Below are positions 59,424 through 64,000 of a DNA stretch of 64,000 nt, one piece after another. A model generated the notes under the pieces. The model saw only the letters and a program-made list of their open reading frames with translations, did no database searches and was not told where the DNA came from. The stretch spans positions 1 through 64,000 of the forward strand of contig CBFGJV010000012.1 of the NCBI GenBank assembly GCA_965649205.1, written 5' to 3'. A program made the position numbers and the translations under genes. The DNA is from a candidate division WOR-3 bacterium. GTDB taxonomy: Bacteria; Hydrothermota; Tepidihabitantia; Tepidihabitantales; Tepidihabitantaceae. The first letter of the stretch is position 1. The number at the start of each line of letters is the position of its first letter.

Positions 59424-60353
59424 ATGAAGAAAAACACTCTAGCTCTAGTGCTGGCCGTTTTGGGGCTGTTTATTGTCGGCTGTACGACTCAGTCGGATGA
59501 AGATGCTATCCGAGACCTCATCGGCCGGTCGGCCTATACAGACGACAATGGTATCCGCAGCTACGCGGGCAGAGATACAAGCGTATCAGAGGGCGGAGAT
59601 GAGAGTATGGCGGACGGAGAGAGGATACCTTTCGTTCGCTTTGTCCGTTACATTCCACCAGACGGAGTGACGCGTACGGTGCAGGTAGACATTCCGGCCT
59701 ATCCCGGTTATCCGGATACCACTGCTCTCGCCACAGTGCGTTATACAATCAGAGGAGAGTTTCGGACCGTGTTTGATACCACGACCACACCCATTCTGGT
59801 ATGGCGCAAGCCTTTTGTGGACGAGGCAGTGCGCAGGGTTTATCTTACCAAGCAGGGCAAACGTTGGCGTGTGCGGCGACTTTCACCTTTGCGTTTCTAC
59901 ACTACAGGTGCGCCTTATGAGTTGAGCCTTGCTCAGATGGAGCTTCACGCTCGGTCGTGGCCGGAGGCAGATACGTACAGGTTGACAACAGCCGACACGC
60001 TTCTGGCCAAGACAGAGTTGCCCAGCTTCACTTATGCCGATACCGTTTGGGTGCGGGTGACAGTGACAAGTAACGGTGATTCTGCCTGGGTATTTCTACA
60101 CCACGGTCGGCCTCAATGGCCCTATCGAGCGCGCCGGGCTTACTGGAAGCAGTCAACCTATGTTTTTGAGCGAACATGGTGTATTGGTTCAGAAGGCACA
60201 GTTAGAAAGCCAGAGGTGAGGCCGAGTGGACATGATGCCATCGGTTGGGGAACGCTGTGGGCCGATACGTCTCAGCCCTATGTGGCTGCTGCCTGGGGTT
60301 TGCCTTATGTGGTGCGTAGCCCGGGCGAGCCAATTCCTGAAGAAAATGAATAA
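59424..60353 (+). CDS. Hypothetical lipoprotein
   Basis: Lipobox FIVGC; SD aaggagg. Confidence 0.75.
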   Translation: MKKNTLALVLAVLGLFIVGCTTQSDEDAIRDLIGRSAYTDDNGIRSYAGRDTSVSEGGDESMADGERIPFVRFVRYIPPDGVTRTVQVDIPAYPGYPDTTALATVRYTIRGEFRTVFDTTTTPILVWRKPFVDEAVRRVYLTKQGKRWRVRRLSPLRFYTTGAPYELSLAQMELHARSWPEADTYRLTTADTLLAKTELPSFTYADTVWVRVTVTSNGDSAWVFLHHGRPQWPYRARRAYWKQSTYVFERTWCIGSEGTVRKPEVRPSGHDAIGWGTLWADTSQPYVAAAWGLPYVVRSPGEPIPEENE

Positions 60354-60368
60354 CATAAGGAGGAAGCA

Positions 60369-60926
60369 ATGAGAAACATTTGGACTGCGTTACTAATCTT
60401 TGGGCTGGTTGCGCTGGTTGTAGCTCAACCTGCGGAGCCGGCATTGCCACCTGCTACAGGGCCGGGAGAAGAAACGCCACGGTCGGCAATAATGAAGCCG
60501 CCGCTAGAGCAAGGACCTCACGGTCTTGAGCGGGTAGGGCTGACTCCCGAACAAATGGAAAAGTTGGGCAAGTTGCAGATAGCATTGATAAAGGAAACAG
60601 CACCGTTAGAGGCGGAGTTACGCGTCAAGGAACTGGAACTGGCCGGTCTTTGGCGGGCAGAGAAGTTTGATGCCAAAGCTATCATAGCCAAGGTGAAGGA
60701 AATTGCGGAAATCAGAACCAAGCTGGAGCTGGCCAGAGTCACTAACCGAATAGAGAGCTTCAAGCTGCTGACACCGGAACAGCAGAAGCGAGCGCGAGAA
60801 ATGTTCCGGCGGGGAGAGGAATGGTGGGGAAAAGGACCAGGACATTACTTTCGAGCCGACCGGCCGCATCAGCAACAGCGCTGGCGGTTCCGCCGGAGGA
60901 TGTGTCCGAGACAACAGACTGATTAG
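60369..60926 (+). CDS. Spy/CpxP-family periplasmic chaperone
   Basis: Signal peptide; GLTPEQ and LLTPEQ (LTxxQ) motifs. Confidence 0.88.
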   Translation: MRNIWTALLIFGLVALVVAQPAEPALPPATGPGEETPRSAIMKPPLEQGPHGLERVGLTPEQMEKLGKLQIALIKETAPLEAELRVKELELAGLWRAEKFDAKAIIAKVKEIAEIRTKLELARVTNRIESFKLLTPEQQKRAREMFRRGEEWWGKGPGHYFRADRPHQQQRWRFRRRMCPRQQTD

Positions 60927-60943
60927 AGGCATCCTGCCTCCTG

Positions 60944-60977
60944 AAGCGCAGGGGCATTCCTGCCCCTGCGCTTTTTT
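60944..60977 (+). terminator. Intrinsic terminator
   Basis: aagcgcaggggca-ttcc-tgcccctgcgctt-tttt. Confidence 0.88.
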
Positions 60978-61025
60978 GCGGTGCAGCAGGCTTTACTGGG
61001 AAAGAAGGAGGAATATACTTGGAAG

Positions 61026-64000
61026 ATGCGTTTTATTATTGTGGCTGTTTCAGTGTTGTGCGCAATAGGGTCGGCAAACGAGGTTGGAGTCTGGCAGAGC
61101 AGGTCGGACGGCGGCGTGCTGTTGTTTGAGAATCTGCAGTGGGAACAGACCAATCTTGCCCAGGCTGGAGATACTTTTATTTTGCTCAGCCTGGCCGGAG
61201 TCGGCTCCACCACGGAGCCAGGTTGGCCGCAACTGCCTGTTTTGCGGAGTGTCATAGAGATTCCCTTTGGTGCGGAGCTAGAGCTCAGACCTGCTTTTGA
61301 AGAGTTGCAGGAGTTTTCGCTCGAACACCGCATATACCCCGTGCAGCCGTCTTTTCCTAAGAGTGGCCCGGCGCCTGGTTTTGTCATGGAAGAAAAGGCG
61401 TATCAAGCCGATCAGACCTATTCTTTGGGATCGAGAGTGGTGGAAATCGGGATAATGCGGGGACACCGGCTGGCTCTGATTGAAACTTATCCGGTAGCTT
61501 ACAATCCGGCGACGGGAGTAGTGCAGACAGCAGGTCGGGTCAGGGTAGAGGTGTTTTGGTCTGGTGTGGATTGGGCAACTACTCGGGCGCAGCAGGAACG
61601 TTATGATTCCAGACCTTATTGGGAACGATTGCAAGGTGTTTGTGTGAATTGGGGTCAGCTGCAGCTTGTACCTCCACCTGATTTGCCTGTCGGCTACCTG
61701 ATTATAGTGCCTGATGCCTGGGCGCCGAATATTGCTCCCTTGGCCGAGTGGCGCAGACGTAAAGGGTTTCATGTTTTCTTGCGCAAGCTTTCTGAAGTAG
61801 GCGGAGGTACTGCGACGGCGGTGAAAAACTATATCCAGAACGCGTATGACAACTGGCCCATTCCGCCCAGTTTTGTACTGTTAGTGGGAGATGTTGACCG
61901 AATCGGATATTTTACCGGTTCGGGTACGGGCCAGCCGCCAACCGATCTGAACTTTTCCCTTCTGGCAGGCAACGACTATTTCCCCGACCTTGACTTGAGC
62001 CGGGCCTCTGTGGCCAATGCTGCCCAGTTGGATAGCTTAGTGGCCAAAATCATAAGCTATGAGCAGAATACCTGGATTGCTGACCGCGACTGGCTGAACC
62101 GGGCCTACTTCATTGCGTCTGCGGACGGCGCCTACCATCAGGTGGCGGAACGGACACATCAGTATGTAATGGCTAAGTTCCGGTCCAGGGGCGTGGTCTG
62201 CGATTCGCTCTGGCTTTACTACCGGCAGGGGACCGACATCAATACCGCAGTGAATTCGGGTCGTGCCTGGGTAACCTATTCTGGCCACGGCGATGTGAAC
62301 TGCTGGGCTGACCCGAGCCCGAAATTCACCATCACAGAGGTGCGGGCGTTATCCAATCTTGACAAGGTGCCGTATGTTCAGACTTATGCCTGCCTTTCCG
62401 GCAATTACACCTCGACCAGCTACCCAGAGTGTTTTTCCGAATCCTGGATTCGCGCCGGACGCAGAGGTGGTATAGCACATATAGCTTCCACCGTAACTTC
62501 TTACTGGACAGAGGATGATACGCTGGAGCGACGGGTATTTGACTGTATGCTGGATTCTTCCTTTTTCTGGGTAATGGGAGGATTCAACAAAGCCAAACTC
62601 ATCTATTATCGGCAGATGGGCGCAAGCGGCATGACGCGCAGGTATTTTGAGATGTATAACATGATGGGCGATGGCGCCATTGATGTCTATTCCTCCCGGC
62701 CCGAAAGCTTGTATGTATCGCACCCTTCTGTAGTGCCTCTGGGCAGTTCCCATATGTTCGTTTCTGTCCAGTCTGCAGCAGGGCCGGTGCGGAATGCCCT
62801 GGTGTGCATCACAGCCAGAACGGATACCACCGTTTTCGTTTCGGGTTATACGGATGGGGCTGGTCAGGTTTTTTTCAACTTGAACCTGCTTATTCCGGAT
62901 ACCCTGTATGTTACGGTGAGCGGCCATAATCTGGCTACATATCGGGGAGTAGCGTTGGCGATTCCTATGAGCGGCGCTTATGTGGTATGGTGCCGGGCAG
63001 AACCAGATGATTCCCTTGGCGGCAATAACGACCGTATCATAAATCCTGGGGAAACTATTAATCTCAAGCTCTGGTTGAAGAATTGGGGGCAGGCGAGGGC
63101 CGAAGGGATAGAGGCCCGCTTGCGGACGACAGACCCGAATCTGGTGCTGTTGGACTCAATTAAGTATTTTGACGACATTCCTGCTGGCGATTCGGTTTAC
63201 TCCGGCCCGGACGGTTTTGATTTTGTGGTGGCCAACTCCTGTACGAATGGCTACCGTCTTCTGTTTACAGTCAACGTCAGAGACTATCGGGATTCCACCT
63301 GGCAGAGCCTGCTGGCGCTTCCTGTAGGCGCCCCCGCGTTGATTTACAGCGGATGCGAAACATACGACCGGCTGCCGGGCGGAAACGGTAATCGTATGCT
63401 GGACCCGGGCGAAGAAGCAGATTTGATTATTACTCTGCGCAACGCCGGTAAGGGCAAGGCGTATGAAGTGAGCGGCATATTACGCTCCGGAGACGCCAGG
63501 CTCACGGTGCTGGATTCGTTGTGTTTCTTTGGCACCATACCGGAGGAGACCACCGGCAACAACAACGCTGACCGGGTGCGGGTAAGTGCGGCTCTGTCCA
63601 TACCGCGCCAGACTATGATTACCTGTACACTGCTGGTCAGCTACGGCGACGAAATGCGGGTGTTTCCTCTCGACCTTCCGGTAGGGTTTCTGCGTCAGAT
63701 AGATCCGATTCCGGACGGTCCGCGCACGCCGGCGCTATACTATGCCTATGATGCTATTGACACCCTTTACGACGAAGCACCGGTGTATGCTTGGCTGGAC
63801 ATCAGAGGCACAGGCACCAGGCTGAGTCTGGCAGATGACCAGACTGTGACTTTGAGTTTGCCAGCCGGTTTTGGCTACTGGCGTTACTACGGAGTCAGCT
63901 ACGACCGCATATCCATATGCTCAAATGGCTGGGTGGCTCCGGGTAGCACCAGCTATACGGCTTACTCCAATACTGCCCTGCCGAACGCATCGGCACCACC
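61026..64000 (+). CDS. Gingipain-like C25 cysteine peptidase with propeptide, 3'-truncated (absent from the supplied ORF track)
   Basis: Hand-translated from ATG 61026 (SD aaggagg): MRFIIVAVSVLC signal; GWPQLPV..IEIP propeptide; YLIIVPD, AEWRRRKGF, VLLVGD, YSGHG (His, ~62286), YACLSG (Cys); no stop found in the stretches I translated. Confidence 0.9.
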   Translation, partial: MRFIIVAVSVLCAIGSANEVGVWQSRSDGGVLLFENLQWEQTNLAQAGDTFILLSLAGVGSTTEPGWPQLPVLRSVIEIPFGAELELRPAFEELQEFSLEHRIYPVQPSFPKSGPAPGFVMEEKAYQADQTYSLGSRVVEIGIMRGHRLALIETYPVAYNPATGVVQTAGRVRVEVFWSGVDWATTRAQQERYDSRPYWERLQGVCVNWGQLQLVPPPDLPVGYLIIVPDAWAPNIAPLAEWRRRKGFHVFLRKLSEVGGGTATAVKNYIQNAYDNWPIPPSFVLLVGDVDRIGYFTGSGTGQPPTDLNFSLLAGNDYFPDLDLSRASVANAAQLDSLVAKIISYEQNTWIADRDWLNRAYFIASADGAYHQVAERTHQYVMAKFRSRGVVCDSLWLYYRQGTDINTAVNSGRAWVTYSGHGDVNCWADPSPKFTITEVRALSNLDKVPYVQTYACLSGNYTSTSYPECFSESWIRAGRRGGIAHIASTVTSYWTEDDTLERRVFDCMLDSSFFWVMGGFNKAKLIYYRQMGASGMTRRYFEMYNMMGDGAIDVYSSRPESLYVSHPSVVPLGSSHMFVSVQSAAGPVRNALVCITARTDTTVFVSGYTDGAGQVFFNLNLLIPDTLYVTVSGHNLATYRGVALAIPMSGAYVVWCRAEPDDSLGGNNDRIINPGETINLKLWLKNWGQARAEGIEARLRTTDPNLVLLDSIKYFDDIPAGDSVYSGPDGFDFVVANSCTNGYRLLFTVNVRDYRDSTWQSLLALPVGAPALIYSGCETYDRLPGGNGNRMLDPGEEADLIITLRNAGKGKAYEVSGILRSGDARLTVLDSLCFFGTIPEETTGNNNADRVRVSAALSIPRQTMITCTLLVSYGDEMRVFPLDLPVGFLRQIDPIPDGPRTPALYYAYDAIDTLYDEAPVYAWLDIRGTGTRLSLADDQTVTLSLPAGFGYWRYYGVSYDRISICSNGWVAPGSTSYTAYSNTALPNASAP

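Noticed and set aside
59408..60371. Repeated AACATAAGGAGGA before two genes
   Set aside because: Explained as an extended Shine-Dalgarno context.

Overview
64 kb of bacterial chromosome (~54% GC by eye, dense coding). The gene style suggests candidate phylum WOR-3 or a related FCB-adjacent lineage; this is an inference. I found no rRNA, tRNA, CRISPR array, transposase or integrase. Housekeeping blocks are trmI-btuFCD-like, glyA-eno-ftsB, mazG, ptsH-ptsI-pgi/pmi-NTP-transferase-tgt, xylA-xylB-GH5, hsp20 and an ECF sigma/zinc anti-sigma/Spy-like operon. They are interleaved with seven large proteins ending in a T9SS-type C-terminal sorting domain, a gingipain-like C25 protease running off the window end, and a PorV/PorQ-family barrel operon. 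The strongest leads are: (1) three large secreted proteins with unrelated N-termini but one shared C-terminal cassette (Lys-rich beta-propeller + sorting domain + shared hairpin); (2) strong enrichment of D-(S/T)-hydrophobic O-glycosylation sequons in exported proteins, near a GT-C/TPR transferase, a polyprenol-kinase-like gene, PorV, a PPIase and a transglutaminase; (3) a conserved non-coding core (CGGCAAGAGC..AGTTG..TTCTGAGA) inside different closing stems upstream of two related secreted-protein genes; (4) sigma70 promoters with a predominantly 16-bp spacer and many apparently leaderless genes; (5) a duplicated ECF promoter CGCAGGA-N16-GTCTAA; (6) a parvulin domain apparently nested inside another parvulin domain.
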